Assembly (NCBI GenBank): GCA_951406725.2
Contig: OX597823.1
Location: forward strand, 29,636,001-29,700,000
DNA length: 64,000 bases
Source: Octopus vulgaris
Lineage: Eukaryota
Direction: 5' to 3'
Of this stretch, positions 11,828 through 25,319 are shown piece after piece. Each line of letters begins with the position of its first letter. The stretch's first letter is position 1. Made by a program: the position numbers and the translations under genes. The notes below the pieces were generated by a model. That model was not told the origin of the DNA and ran no database searches. It saw only the letters and a program-made list of their open reading frames with translations.

Positions 11828-11961
11828 TGAGTTGGCGTTAGGAAAGGTAACCAGCCGTAGAAACCATGCCACAACAGACAATTGGAGTATGGACAACTCC
11901 CCGGCTGGCCAGCTCCTGTCAAACCGTCCAACCCATGCCAACATGGTTATGCTAATGATTA

Positions 11962-11962
<1 letters not shown>
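11828..11962 (+). mobile_element. RTE-related short element fragment
   Basis: gttggcgttaggaaagg..accagccgtagaaac...ccgtccaacccatgcc matches the reverse complement of 56720-56850. Confidence 0.65.
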
Positions 11963-12004
<42 letters not shown>

Positions 12005-12026
12005 TACACACACACACACACTATAT

Positions 12027-12280
12027 TGTGTGGCTTAATGGTTAGGATGTTGCACTCACGATAGCAAGATTTTGGTTTCGATTCCCGGACCAGGCAATGA
12101 GTTGTACTTTTGATTATTTCACATTACCCTGCAACCATTTGGTGTCTGACATGTGACATCTGACGATTTAATGAAGCGAGTTACATAACGTGTAGCAAAC
12201 ACCTTCTAATCACGTTAAACAATAGATCATCAGTGCAGGCTGCTCAGCAAGAAGTTGCACAATTTTTACCTGTAGTTTAC
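12027..12280 (+). mobile_element. Old tRNA-derived SINE
   Basis: gtggcttaatggttagg...ggtttcgattcccgga head; decayed tail with cacgttaa...gcaggct. Confidence 0.6.
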
Positions 12281-12296
12281 GACATTAGAGTCTTAG

Positions 12297-12357
<61 letters not shown>

Positions 12358-12363
12358 CATACA

Positions 12364-12424
<61 letters not shown>

Positions 12425-12438
12425 TTATAGAGAGAGAC

Positions 12439-12471
<33 letters not shown>

Positions 12472-12546
12472 TAGGTGTATATATATATATATACATATAT
12501 ATACATATATATATATATATACATATATATACACATATATATGTAT

Positions 12547-12582
<36 letters not shown>

Positions 12583-12583
<1 letters not shown>

Positions 12584-12978
12584 GTGTACATTTAAACACA
12601 CAAGAGATGGCTATAATAGGACATCTGACCCGCTAGAAGGAGTAGTTAAACTCCAAACCACTATTAGAGGTAATTTCGAAAGTAAATGATTTTATTTGCT
12701 AAAAGATAGCTTGAAACCATGGTATAGGCAATAGAGGGTAAATGCTTTTATTTTTTATTCCCTTTCGAAATTACACCTAATAATGGTTTGGAGTTTAAAT
12801 ACTCTTTCTAAAGGGTCAGACGCCCTGTTATGGCCATCTCTTATGTGTTTAAATGTACACCGTATTTTTATATGAACAATATATAGTCTTTCGACTAGTT
12901 TTTTTCTTCTCGCTAGACCACTGGTAGCAAAGAAATTTTCTTAATTTTTTTTGCTACCCTGGAATTTATTAATAATGA
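12583..12978. mobile_element. Diverged pLTR-like element with inverted arms and an HHR 3' half
   Basis: 12583-12682 is inverted relative to 12762-12860. GAAA-CCAUGG-UA lies at 12713-12724. 12880-12978 resembles 10375-10480. Confidence 0.65.
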
Positions 12979-13327
12979 TATATATATATACTGTACTGTA
13001 CTGTTCCGTGATGGTAAGATCAACAAAAATGTAGTCGATCTGGTGAGAGATAAATATTAGTTAGTAAATACAACATATGTTTTCATGTACTACTATTAGT
13101 TTCAGGTGCTGAGAGCATGCCAGACACTATTTTTAACATGTTGGGTACCCTAGCACAGTCATCAAGCACTACTCACATGGCATAACGAACTAAAAATAGG
13201 ACGATAGGATAAGAACAAAAAGCAAAAGAGCAATTAACAGGGGAAACAACAGAAGTCAATTGGACATAAGCTGTGAATATATTAGATTTATGCTCAGGGA
13301 AAGTTTCAGATGGAAAAATAGGAGTAG

Positions 13328-13362
13328 AATTGATGTTTCGTGCATGGCTCATCGTCGGAGAG
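13328..13362 (-). ncRNA. Decayed minimal hammerhead (family H)
   Basis: CCGACGA-U-GAGC cau GCAC-GAAA-CA-UC, compared with the family consensus CUGACGA-A-GAGC nnn GCUC-GAAA-CG-UH. Confidence 0.5.
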
Positions 13363-13551
13363 AGTTACAAGTGCAGACCAGAGGAAAAGGAAGAAAGAGA
13401 AGGTTGTCCGAAGAAAAGCACTGTGTCATTACATAGCCAAAAACAACTGACCAGAAGTAGGCAAGAGATACAGAATGTCCTTTTTGAAATGGAAGAGAGC
13501 AAAAATGGCCAATGTTTATGTGTGTGTGTGTGTATGTGTTTGTGTGTGTGT

Positions 13552-13583
<32 letters not shown>

Positions 13584-13722
13584 TTGTGTGTGATGTTTAT
13601 GAGCGTGTGTGTGTATGTGCAGTGTATTCGAGTATATAAGTTTTTGCATGTGTGTACGTGTGCGATTTGTAAGTAGCGTGTTTGTATATTAGGATGGGCT
13701 ACATGGGTTGGTAGTATATGCA

Positions 13723-13756
<34 letters not shown>

Positions 13757-14202
13757 TGTATGTGTGTGTGTGTGCGTGTGTGTGAATGTAGCTCTAACTC
13801 ATCTTTCTTCCGACAGGTCTGACAATTGTCCGCCCTCTACCCTAACGATTGCGATTACAGTGTTGTTAAGACCCGTGCAATGTCCTCAGCTGATCCTTTA
13901 CGAAATCCAAGAGGCACACGATCACTTCCAGAAGATTTGTCTTTGTTTATATCTAAAACTAATCCTTTAATTCCTCTTTCTCTAATACTAGCGTATTCAA
14001 TAGACTACCAAACCTCCTTATGATTCAGGCGAAGAATAAACACCCCCTTTATTATATACCTTACAGTTGAAATGTGCGTGTATTGTCTTTTGTTGCTGCT
14101 CCACAACTTTCCTTCCATGTAAATTATTCTGATCCTCGTATGAGATCCCATATTCTACTCGTAGTCCTTGATATAGATTATATACAATATTTATTCACAT
14201 AC

Positions 14203-14885
14203 GGGCGGTGAGCTGGCAGAATCGTTAGCACGTCGGGCGAAATGCTTGGCGGTTTTTCGTCTGCCGCTACGTTCTGAGTTCAAATTCCGCCGAGGTCGAC
14301 TTTGCCTTTCATCCTTTCGGGATCGATTAAATAGTACCAGTTACGCACTGGCGTCGATATAATCAACTTAATCCGTTTGTCTGTCTTTGTCCGTCCCCTC
14401 TGTGTTTAGTCTCTTGTGGGTAGTAAAGAAATAGGTATTTCGTTTGCCGCTACGTTCTGAGTTCAAATTCCGCCGTGGTCGACTTTGCTTTTCATCCTTT
14501 CGCGATCGATTAAATAGTACCAGTTACGCACTGGTGTCGATGTAATCAACTTAATCCGTTTGTCTGTCTTTGTCCGTCCCCTCTGTGTTTAGTCTCTTGT
14601 GGGTAGTAAAGAAATAGGTATTTCGTCTGCCGTTACGTTCTGAGTTCAAAATCCGCCGATGTCGATTTTGCTTTTCATCCTTTCGGGGTCGTTAAATTAA
14701 GTACCAGTTGCGTAGTGGGGTCGATCTCATCGACTGGCTCCCTCCCCCCAAATTCTGGGTTTGTGCCGAGTGTAGAAAAGAATAATTACCAGTTACGTAT
14801 TGGGGTCGATGTAATCGACTTAATCCCTTTGTCTGTCCTTGTCTGTCCCCACTATGTTTAGCCCCCTGTTAGCACTAAAGAAATA
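14203..14885 (+). mobile_element. SINE family B tandem multimer (183-bp period, 3 units plus an extra tail)
   Basis: ttctgagttcaaa at 14272, 14455 and 14638. Confidence 0.9.
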
Positions 14886-16142
14886 AATATTTACTCACAG
14901 ATGAGCCGCATACTTGATTTTAACTGGAAAATAGGAGTGCATCTTATATATGATCGTAAAACTAAAACTATGACGAGAAACACTAAATTAGGGGTGCATC
15001 TTATACACGAGTGCGACTGACATTCGAGTAACTACTGTAAATTGCTACATCGAGTTTAGATTTGCTTTTACTTTCTTTAACAGATCTTTCTGATATAATT
15101 TTACTCATGTGCGTCGTTTTCTTTTCATCTAACTACATTTTATAGAGTATTTTGTCCTTGTTCCTGGGTTTTTGTTTGTTAAAGATTTTCCAGCCTTTGT
15201 ATATATTTTTTAATTTTATAGGATATTCATTTAATTATTTCTATCTTATTTCCATAGATTTTCTTGCAATATTTTTTGCTTTCTATTTTTACTGTCACCT
15301 GATACAGTTTCTTCCAATTTATATTTCTATTAGATTCGTTAACAACATCAGACCATTGCTCAAATGCAATTATTTGGTCGATCTACGCAAAATCTGCCAA
15401 TTTGTAAATTTTTCCCCCTTTTTTTACATAGTGCCTCATACATACAGCAATTAAAAGTAAAACTTAACACACTGCGATCACCCTTCCCAAGTGGTCTTCA
15501 ATATTCCGTTATATAAAACATAGCCTCATTTGTGAATATCAAATTCAAGATGTCGGCCTCATTCGTCCCCGATTTCTCCTCATTCCACCTCCTCTCACTC
15601 TCACTCTCACTCCCTCTCTCTGGACTTAGCATACTGGGATATTGATAAATGTAATTTCGTCAATACAACACAGAGTTATATTTTCTTGAGATTTAAGAGT
15701 GTTATAACCTTTTACTATAATTTTCTTTTCCAATTACTGCGAGCGTAATTAAAATCTACAATTAACGCACACGAGAAAAATCTATTTACACGTCTCATCT
15801 ATTGATCCTAGTTGTATTTCATGTTTCTTCCATTTCTTTTCATGTCCATCATTAAAAAGTGACCTGTAATTTAGGTTTATGGAGAGTTACAAAGTTTAAT
15901 CGTTACAGATAAACCCTTTTCAAAACCCACATTTATCTCCATTGCCATCAACGTATTTCTACATTATCTTTTTCTTTTATTCTGGTCAATAGTTTTTTTT
16001 TTTTAAATGCCAGATATTTTCGATGACTTGCGTATTTATTTATTCTTTGTACGTTCCCGTAGATTCGAAAGTGAATATGCTAATCGCTATTGTATTTTCC
16101 ACCAGGAAAAGAGGTGTTCATAACACACTCGATTCCTTAGTG

Positions 16143-16587
16143 CAGTGGTTCCCAACCTGGGGTCAGCGGGCCTCTGGTGGTCCGCAAACGTAGTACTGCG
16201 GGTCCGTGAACTAAATTCAAAATTTCATATATATATATATATATATATGTATATAAGACGACAAAATTTCTGTAAAGAAATTTGAGAAATTCGAAAAGAA
16301 AATACGAAACTGGTTATTTCTCCCAAAACAATATTGCTATACACAAAATTTTCTAACATTTTTCTAACATAACGATTTAAATATATTTTTTAGCCACGTG
16401 CTTTCACATACTAGTTCTCTCATCCTATATATATATATATATATATATAGTTAATCCAAACAAGAAAACACAAAAGCAAAAAAACACAACAACGCGAGGA
16501 CGTGGAACAAATAAAGTATTATTGGACGCTCAAGAAAGAAGGGAAGAAGGAGGGTATATATATATGCAAATATACATACATATATGT

Positions 16588-16628
<41 letters not shown>

Positions 16629-16717
16629 AGGTATATATAACGATAAGCTTATCAAAAGGCGTCCGTGGGAAAACTAATTTAAATAAAAGTGTTGGGAACC
16701 ACTGTTGCGGACCACTG
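16143..16717. mobile_element. Non-autonomous hAT element with 8-bp TSD
   Basis: TIR cagtggttcccaac / gttgggaaccactg with a duplicated right tip. TSD CCTTAGTG at 16135-16142 and 16718-16725. A family H fragment is nested at about 16448-16555. Confidence 0.85.
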
Positions 16718-17371
16718 CCTTAGTGCAAAGGGTTATGGACATCCGGTATTTCGACATCATTGTGCCTCGCCAAATAGAAGCACCTCCGGGTTAACAAATG
16801 CAACAAGAGCCGATGGCCTTGTTTATACCTTTGCAGATTGGTGCTGTTATCAGTAAATATGCAAGCTCCTGTTCACTGTACGTGTAATGATTTACCATAG
16901 AGTTTTGTTTTGTCAGTAAACCGATACATCTACTCCATACTCTATTACTTCATTTAAGAAATTCAGCTTTCTTCACCTGATATCTGCAGTTTAACTTCAT
17001 TGATACCAGTGACCTGTGGCTTGCAGCTTACATTCAGTTCCTTTTTCTTAGCAAGTAGGTCAGCATTTTTGCGTAAACATATATTTCGTTTTCTCTTTTT
17101 TTTTAACATTCACATTTTTTTTTTGCATAGGAAGAGGTAAACAGACTATCATTGCTTGGCAACTGATGTTGGTTTTCTAATGTCCCCGTAACGGTTCGGC
17201 AAAAAAAGGACCGATAGAATAAATACAAGATTTTTAAGAAATAAGAATTGGATCCGATTTGTTCGACTAAACCTTTCAAGGTGATGCTCCAGCATGACAA
17301 CAATCCACTGATTGAAACAAGTAAAAGATAAAAGATATATTTTTTATTTACAGTTTTCTTACCAACTGCTC

Positions 17372-17778
17372 TTTTACTCTTTTTACTCTTTTACTTGTTT
17401 CAGTCATTTGACTGCGGCCATGCTGGAGCACCACCTTTTAGTCGAGCAAATCGACCCCAGGACTTATTCTTTGTAAGCCCAGTACTTATTCTATCGGTCT
17501 CTTTTGCCGAATTGCTAAGTGACAGGGACGTAAACACACCAGCATCAGTTGTCAAGCAATGCTAGGGGGACAAACACATACACACAAACACACACATACA
17601 CATATATATATATATACGACAGGCTTCTTTCAGTTTCCGTCTACCAAATCCACTCACAAGGCATTGGTCGGCCCGGGGCTATAGCAGAAGACACTTGCCC
17701 AAGATGCCACACAGTGGGACTGAACCCGGAACCATGTGGTTGGTTAGCAAGCTACTTACCACACAGCCACTCCTGCGT
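17372..17778 (-). mobile_element. SINE family A, full length
   Basis: tRNA-like head (caggagtggctgtgtggtaag...ggttccgggttcagtccc), core cttgggcaagtgtcttc, internal microsatellite, tail ending (agagtaaaa)n. Confidence 0.9.
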
Positions 17779-18034
17779 TAACATTCATTCCATTTTCACC
17801 ATCTTTCTCGCCCATCGTTATTTTCTCTCTTCGAATTCTTTGCTTGAATCCGTCAAGTATTTTGCTCTCTCACTTAACCATATTCTGTCTCCTCTGTTTC
17901 TGGCTGGGATCATTTTGCGTCCTTATATCTTCGAGTTGTTCTTTTAAGCAGTTTCTGTTTTATTCCGAATTTTGCAAAAGGCACCGTACAGGTATTATAA
18001 GGTTTGCAAAAGGCACCGTACAGGTATTATAAGG

Positions 18035-18362
18035 TTATTGGCACTCCGTCGGTTGCAATAATGAGTGTTCCATTTAATCCTATCAATACAAGAGCCTGCT
18101 CGTGAAATTAACGTGCAAATTTCTGAGTACTCCACAAACATGCGTACCCTTAACGTAGCTCCCAGTGAGATTCGGCGAAACACAGAATGTGACGAGGCTG
18201 GTCCGTTTGAATTACAGGTACTACTCATTTTTGAAAGCTTAGTGAACTGGAGCATCGTGAAATAAAGTGTCTTGCTCAAGGAAACAAAGCACTGTCGAGA
18301 GTCGAACTCGTGAACTTACGATCATGAACCCAATACCCTAACCACTAACTCACGCGCCCTCA
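18035..18362 (-). mobile_element. tRNA-derived SINE sharing its tail with family C
   Basis: Head gggcgcgtgagttagtggttaggg...gagttcgactc; tail ttgcacgttaatttcacgagcaggc...ccgacggagtgcc. Confidence 0.75.
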
Positions 18363-18536
18363 CCCTTATAGAGTTACTACCATAAGTCTACCGATGCGCT
18401 TAGCTATGTTAGAACTTCTATTGCTATCCATTGCTGGACCTCACAAGTTAATTTCCAGTAAGTCCAAATTGAGCCTCGGTTATAAAGGAAAATTTCTTTT
18501 CTTCCCAATCCCTAAGAATCTATTCTTCCTTCAATA

Positions 18537-18660
18537 AAGAAGAAGAAGAAGAAGAAGAAGAAGAAGAAGAAGAAGAAGAAGAAGAAGAAGAAGAAGAAGA
18601 AGAAGAAGAAGAAGAACAACAAGAAACAACAACAACAACAAGAAAAAGAACAAGAAGAAG
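18537..18660. repeat. (AAG)n microsatellite
   Basis: Directly visible. Confidence 0.95.
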
Positions 18661-19167
18661 CTCTTAACGGTGTTCCGTTGTGTTTTCTTACATATATTTC
18701 CAAGATATAATTCTTGGTTATATTGATTCTACTCGACGCTCACATTGTTAATTTGCCTCAATATTGTTACTATTTCATTTCAGTAACCTCTTCTTTCTAA
18801 TTCAGTGTTTCCTGTCATTCCGCATCTCGTAAACCTATTCTCTTCCCCGCAAAATATTCGCTCTCTAATTCCTGTTTAACCCATTAAATCCCAGAGTACT
18901 TAAATTTCTGAGTATTACATTAAAATTTTTACAGATTGATTGGAAGTCCTATACACAAGACAGTAAATAATTTAATTTTAAAAATTATAGGACAAAAAAA
19001 TGTATTTTGAATATGAATACAACAAAAAAGAACTTCTAATTTTTTTTATAAGTGAATCAGATATATTTGTAATTCATTGAGAAACATGAGAAAATCTACT
19101 GGAAAAATGGCAGAAATAATGCCAGCTCGGTGACCTGTGAATATTAGCTCGCAGCGTTAAGTTGAAT

Positions 19168-19331
19168 CGCGGCTGTGTGGTAAGTAGCTTGCTTACGAAC
19201 CATATGGTTCCGGGTTCAGTCCTACTGCGTGGCACCTTGGGCAAGTGTCTTCTACTATGTCCTCGGGCCGACCAAATCCTTGTGAGTGGATTTGGTAGAC
19301 GGAAACTAAAAGAAACCCGTCGTATATATGT

Positions 19332-19423
<92 letters not shown>

Positions 19424-19570
19424 CCGTCTATCAAATTCACTGACAAGGCTTTGGTCGGCCCGAGGCTATAGTAGAAGACACTTACCTAAGGTGCCACGTA
19501 GTGGGACTGAACCCGGAACCATGTGGTTCGTAAGCAAGCTACTTACTACACAGCCACTCCTACGGCTATG
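19168..19570. mobile_element. Two inverted SINE family A heads around a TA/TG microsatellite
   Basis: 19168-19323 (+) and 19421-19570 (-) are near reverse complements. Confidence 0.85.
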
Positions 19571-19592
19571 CCTACTTCCTGCATGTCCGAGC

Positions 19593-19641
<49 letters not shown>

Positions 19642-20470
19642 AGATAAAGTCTACATAGGATTTTATCAAGTAGCTAGCACGTAGAAACCAATGAAGGTAA
19701 AAATTAATATAAAATATTTAATCTTATAAATATAATTGTAAAATTATAATAAGGCAAGTACCAAGTAATGCCACATGCTAGAAGAAGACACCAAATGGTT
19801 ATATAAATAGCAAAAGCTTTTCAGTTTCTCCAACGTGGACATAAAGCTTATCGCAAATAGCCAGTGGCCTTACTTAAAATATAATTAGTGGCAACAAAAG
19901 CGGTATTAATAACAAAAGACAAACTTATCTCCAACGTAACACAGACGTTGTTAGAAGACAGAATATTGCGTTGTTCACCTTGAGAAGAACTCTCGCATGG
20001 AAACGTGGTGCATAAAAGCACGCGTGTTTATATCGTTAACAGACGAGAACCATTTGCTACGGGCGCCGGAACTACCAAATCACGTGATTTCGCTCGGTCT
20101 AACCCCCAAAGCCGTGCCTGCACCTTCCTCTTCCAGCAAATCACTTTAGTATGGTGTTTATTCAATTTATTCTTTTATTTGTTTCAGTCACTTGACTGTG
20201 GCCATGCTGGAGCACTGCATCTTTTAGTCGAACAAATCGCTTTTGCCGAACCTCTAACTTACGGGGACGTTGACACGCCACCATCAGTTGTCAAGCGATG
20301 GTGGGGGACAAGCACTGACACACAAACACACATACATACACACACATATACATACATACATACATACACACACACACATATACATACATACATACATACA
20401 TACATACATACATACACACACACACATACATACATACATACATACATACATACATACATACATACATACA

Positions 20471-20503
<33 letters not shown>

Positions 20504-20622
20504 GTGTGTGTGTGTGTGTGTATAGTTAATCCAACCATGAACAGAGAGAAAACACAACAACGCGAGGACGTGGAACATGTATAGTGTTATTGGACGCTCA
20601 GAGAAGGAAAGAAATAAGGAAG

Positions 20623-20657
20623 ATTTAACATTTCGAGCGGAGGTCTTCGTCAGAAAT
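20623..20657 (-). ncRNA. Minimal type I hammerhead (family H), partly decayed
   Basis: AUUU-CUGACGA-A-GACC ucc GCUC-GAAA-UG-UU-AAAU. Confidence 0.65.
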
Positions 20658-21121
20658 ATAGAAAAAAGGAAAAGTCCAAGGAAGGGAAGACGGAGAAAGA
20701 AAATCCCCAACGATAAACACGCGGTCACATATTGAAAAGGAGTGGAGGTCAGGCATGGGAGAGGGTGTGAGTGTCGGTGTAGGTGTAAATGGTAGCGACA
20801 AAAAGAGAAAAGTAGAAGTATAAAGAAAAAGAAAGGTAAAAAGAGGACGAGAAAAAGTGGAAGAGTCACGGACGAATTTTTGATGATTTCCAATCATGAT
20901 TAGAGTGGGGTACTCCGAATGAATGGTAACAGTAATTCGCAGGTGTAAAAATTCCAGGAATTGGTTATCCAAAGTCAGTCAGAAGGCCGGGGATCCGTGT
21001 GAGCGTGCGGTATATATATAGTTAATCCAAACATGAACAAGGGAAAAACACAACAACCCGAGGACGTGGAACAAGTATAGTGTTATTGGACGCTCAGGAA
21101 AGAAAGAAAGAAAGAAGGAGG

Positions 21122-21156
21122 ATTTAACGTTTCGAGTGGAGCTCTTCGTCAGAAAT
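21122..21156 (-). ncRNA. Minimal type I hammerhead (family H)
   Basis: AUUU-CUGACGA-A-GAGC ucc ACUC-GAAA-CG-UU-AAAU, with palindromic ACGU as stem III. Confidence 0.75.
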
Positions 21157-21728
21157 ACAGAAAATATATATATATATATATATACAACGGGCTTCTTTCA
21201 GTTTCCGTCTACCAAATCAATTCACAAAGCTGTGGTCGGCTTATAGTGGAAGACTCTTGCCCAAGGTGCCATGCAGTGGGACTGAACCCGGAACCGTGAG
21301 GCTGGCAAGCAAGCTACTTACCACACATCTACTCAGAAGTTATTCGAAAATCTGATCAAAAGTAAAGAACTCCACGGGACACGTCTGCGTGCACTACTCA
21401 GTTCCTATTATCGCTAATGAACACACACGCACACGCACACGCACACGCACACGCACACGCACACGCACACATAACACACACATACATACATGTAACTTGG
21501 TTGCTAGAGGGTTTTGTCTATATTTGAAGAGTTATTACCAATTTGAATGTTTCATCTAAAACTACGCAAAGATACTTCCAGAATCTGTACACACACACAC
21601 ACGTATTTACATACACACACACACACACACACAAATACACACATTCACACGTATAAATGTATGCATATGTGAGTGTATGTATATATATATACACGTTAGT
21701 ATCTCTGCACACTCATACACACAAACAG

Positions 21729-21775
<47 letters not shown>

Positions 21776-21910
21776 TCTCCAGATACAAGCACTTGTATCT
21801 GGAAATTCTTGAGCTGTTTTTACTTCTCTCCAGATGAAAGAAACACAGAAATATCTTGCTCGTTGCTTGTAACCCTTCAAAATAAGATAAAATAATAAAT
21901 AATATATACT

Positions 21911-21968
<58 letters not shown>

Positions 21969-22273
21969 CTGTGTGTGTGTTTAGATTCCTATCTGTCTAT
22001 GCGCGAGTGTAAATACTTTTGTGTTTATACATATTCTAAATAAACCCATCAGAAAGTGCAAGTATATGCCAAATGACATGGTGGGCTGGCTGGCAATAGT
22101 GCACAAGTAAGAGAGCTGCGCATGATTTTGTGCAACAATGGAAGCTAATCGACTTTGATCTTGCATATAGTAGTGCTCCACCAAACTGCAACAGGTAGGC
22201 TGCACATGTCAATTTAACAGATGAGTACTGCGCTGTTAGTCAGCGACAGCAATATATATATATATATATATAT

Positions 22274-22387
<114 letters not shown>

Positions 22388-22408
22388 GCATATATGCATG
22401 TATGTATA

Positions 22409-22463
<55 letters not shown>

Positions 22464-22850
22464 ATATATATACATATATGCATGTATGTATGTATATATA
22501 TGTATATATATATATATGTATATGCTTCTCTCTCGTTCTCTCTTTGCTGTCTGTCTCTCTCTCTATATATATGTGTGTGTGTATGTGTGTATGTATATAT
22601 ATATATATATACGCACATATATATGTATGTATATATGTATGTATATGGATCGACGGATGTGTGTGTACATATTGTCTATGCATGTGTGCATATGTCTGTG
22701 TACGTGTCTGTGCAAGTAGAAGTGGGCGGCGCGTAAGTGTTTGTGCATATATGTATGTGATTGTATGTATGCTTGTATGACGTAAATAAACGTTTCTGAT
22801 CTAAAAGGGAGAAGAGGTAAAAGTAAAATGAAAGGAACAAGAAAAGAGCT

Positions 22851-22903
<53 letters not shown>

Positions 22904-23374
22904 GACAGAGACAGACAGACAGAGAAAGTATGGTAAGACAGAAAATGGAAGTTACTCTACGAGATTTATTGAGAGGCGATGTGCCTGACATCGTTGTCTT
23001 CAAACAGACTTGCAGAAGGCAAAGTTGGTTGACTCCCACATGTAACGGTATTCCAGGAGAAGAGCACTTTGCTTAATATGCACTCAACACAAATATTATT
23101 CCGAAGCTAATATTCACATGCAAATGCGTGCACGGTTTCTCACTCACTCACGCACTCTGACACAGACACACACACATACACACACGCACGCACGCACGCA
23201 CGCCCGCACGCACGCATGCACGCACGTACGCACGCATGAAGACATGCACACACATACACACATGCACGCACACAGACACCACACACTCATACGAGCACAC
23301 ACGCACACACGCACGCACACATGCACGCACACATGCACGCACACAGACACACACACACACGCACACACATACGC

Positions 23375-23480
23375 ATGCACGCACGAAGATATGCACGCAC
23401 GAAGATATGCACGCACGAAGATATGCACGCACGAAGATATGCACGCACGAAGATATGCACGCACGAAGATATGCACGCAC
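23375..23480. repeat. 16-bp minisatellite (atgcacgcacgaagat) x6
   Basis: gaagat at 23385, 23401, 23417, 23433, 23449 and 23465. Confidence 0.95.
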
Positions 23481-23589
23481 ACATGCACACACACGCATAC
23501 ACAGAAGTCACTGTCATCAAAATGTGCATACATACATACATACATACATACATACATACATACATACATACATACATACATACATACTA

Positions 23590-23700
23590 AATACCCTGTT
23601 GTTGATGTCGAAATTCCAATGAAGGAGCCTTGGGTCTAGGTTAGGAACCGGTTCTTTGTCTATTGGCAAGAAATCTTGAAATGAAACTGAATAATGACAT
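23590..23700. repeat. Unclassified dispersed repeat
   Basis: A reverse-complement relative lies at about 7358-7470 (ctaacctaga.cca...ctcctt...tggaattt...acatcaacaggg). Confidence 0.55.
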
Positions 23701-24065
23701 TCATACACACCCTTGAAATGCAGCTCCGACCGATCGGCCCTTTGGTCGTCAATATACGCCAGTGAGTTGGGAGGGTGATGAGTGGGATAATTCTGCCAGG
23801 CACGTGTGGTTTTTGATTGTCGTCTGGGGTTTGGTGTCGGTCACAAACAGGGAAACAATGAATTTTCTTGAGGAAAAGCTCGGGGTCGTGTCGTATCGTA
23901 AGGCAATCACCCCAGTTATATATTTCAAATTGATGTGAAGTTCTGTAGAGTTTTTGTATAAATCAGAATCTGCGGTATTTTTCTCAAGCTGACTAATCTT
24001 GTATTTGAAAAGCCATTAAATTCTCCCCATCCAAATAAACTAATATTTGTAGACAAAAATCATTA

Positions 24066-24408
24066 CCGTATTTGATGGCCTATAAGACGCACGAGTGCAT
24101 AGAACGCACCCCAGCCTAGGCTATACTTTAGTAAATTAAATTACCACTAAAATAACGTTTTAATTACTCCATTTACCTGTACAACTTACCTGTATTACCT
24201 GTAATCATAAGCAATTTATTGCATCCACATTCGATATAAACTATCGGAGGCAATTTTTCACTAATAGATGGCAGTACATGTTTTGTAAACATACATACCG
24301 TTTTGAGCGAGTTTTGAGCCTACATTGAGTGCAGTGCATGCAGTGGGGCGATTAAAGCTATTTTAGGGTAAAAAGAAAACGGTGCGTCTTACAGGCCATC
24401 AAATACGG
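24066..24408. mobile_element. Tc1/mariner-superfamily MITE
   Basis: TIRs ccgtatttgatggcctataagacgcac / gtgcgtcttacaggccatcaaatacgg, flanked by TA. Confidence 0.85.
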
Positions 24409-24629
24409 TAAGCGTGAAAGTTAAGCAAAGGCACAACATTTTATACAAAATTTAACTGCTACAAAATAACCGACAATACAAAGAAAATCATCAAAACAAA
24501 GGAACTCTACGGACAGTCACAGAATATAACATTCGGCACAAACTAAAATGCTTCGCCAAAACCTTTCTTACATTACATGAATCAAAAGTTACGTTGGTAT
24601 TGTTAATAGAATAATAAAACAGATTAAGA

Positions 24630-24733
24630 CAGCGGTTCCCAACAGTGGTTCCCAACAGTGGTTCCCAACAGTGGTTCCCAATACCTTTAGATAAATGAAC
24701 TCTCCCACGGACCCCCTTTAATATGCCTATCTT
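24630..24733. mobile_element. hAT terminus with 4 tandem copies of the 13-bp TIR
   Basis: (cagtggttcccaa)x4 at 24630-24681, followed by sequence matching the reverse complement of 16645-16704. Confidence 0.75.
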
Positions 24734-24760
24734 ATATATATATATGTGTATGTATGTGTG

Positions 24761-24817
<57 letters not shown>

Positions 24818-24840
24818 ATATATATATGTATGTATATGTA

Positions 24841-24889
<49 letters not shown>

Positions 24890-24893
<4 letters not shown>

Positions 24894-25288
24894 TAATAAA
24901 TAAAATATATGCATACATACATACATATATGTACTACCTACATCTACATGTATATATACATGCATATATAAATATATATACGTGAGTACAGGACACCACA
25001 AATAGACGTAGAACTCAACGAGAAACGAAAACGTAAAAACAAACATGGAAACGGACCTTTTTTTTTTAACAACAGAAAAACAGAGTACAAGACAAACAAC
25101 ACAAGGAAAATTACCCTTCATCAGCTGTCCCTAGTACGACTCCATGCGTGTTTTGAAGGTGAGGACAGAACACGACTCGTCGAACTAGCCCTTCCTGCAA
25201 AAGAATTAAATAAAATTCCTTTGCAGAGGAGTAAAAACAAGGAAAGAAAATGTGACAAAACAGGACGTATGTAGATGTAGGTACGTAC

Positions 25289-25319
<31 letters not shown>

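Larger units (their letters stand above)
20523..21163 (-). mobile_element. pLTR/retrozyme-like family H, tandem pair (period 496)
   Basis: tagttaatccaa...caacaac.cgaggacgtggaaca at 20523 and 21019, each with a minus-strand HHR. It is nested in the microsatellite of a split SINE A (tail 20170-20330, head 21185-21330). Confidence 0.8.

Noticed and set aside
19635-20110. pLTR-like segment next to (TA)n
   Set aside because: It resembles the HHR elements in context, but I could not assemble a core or find a second copy.
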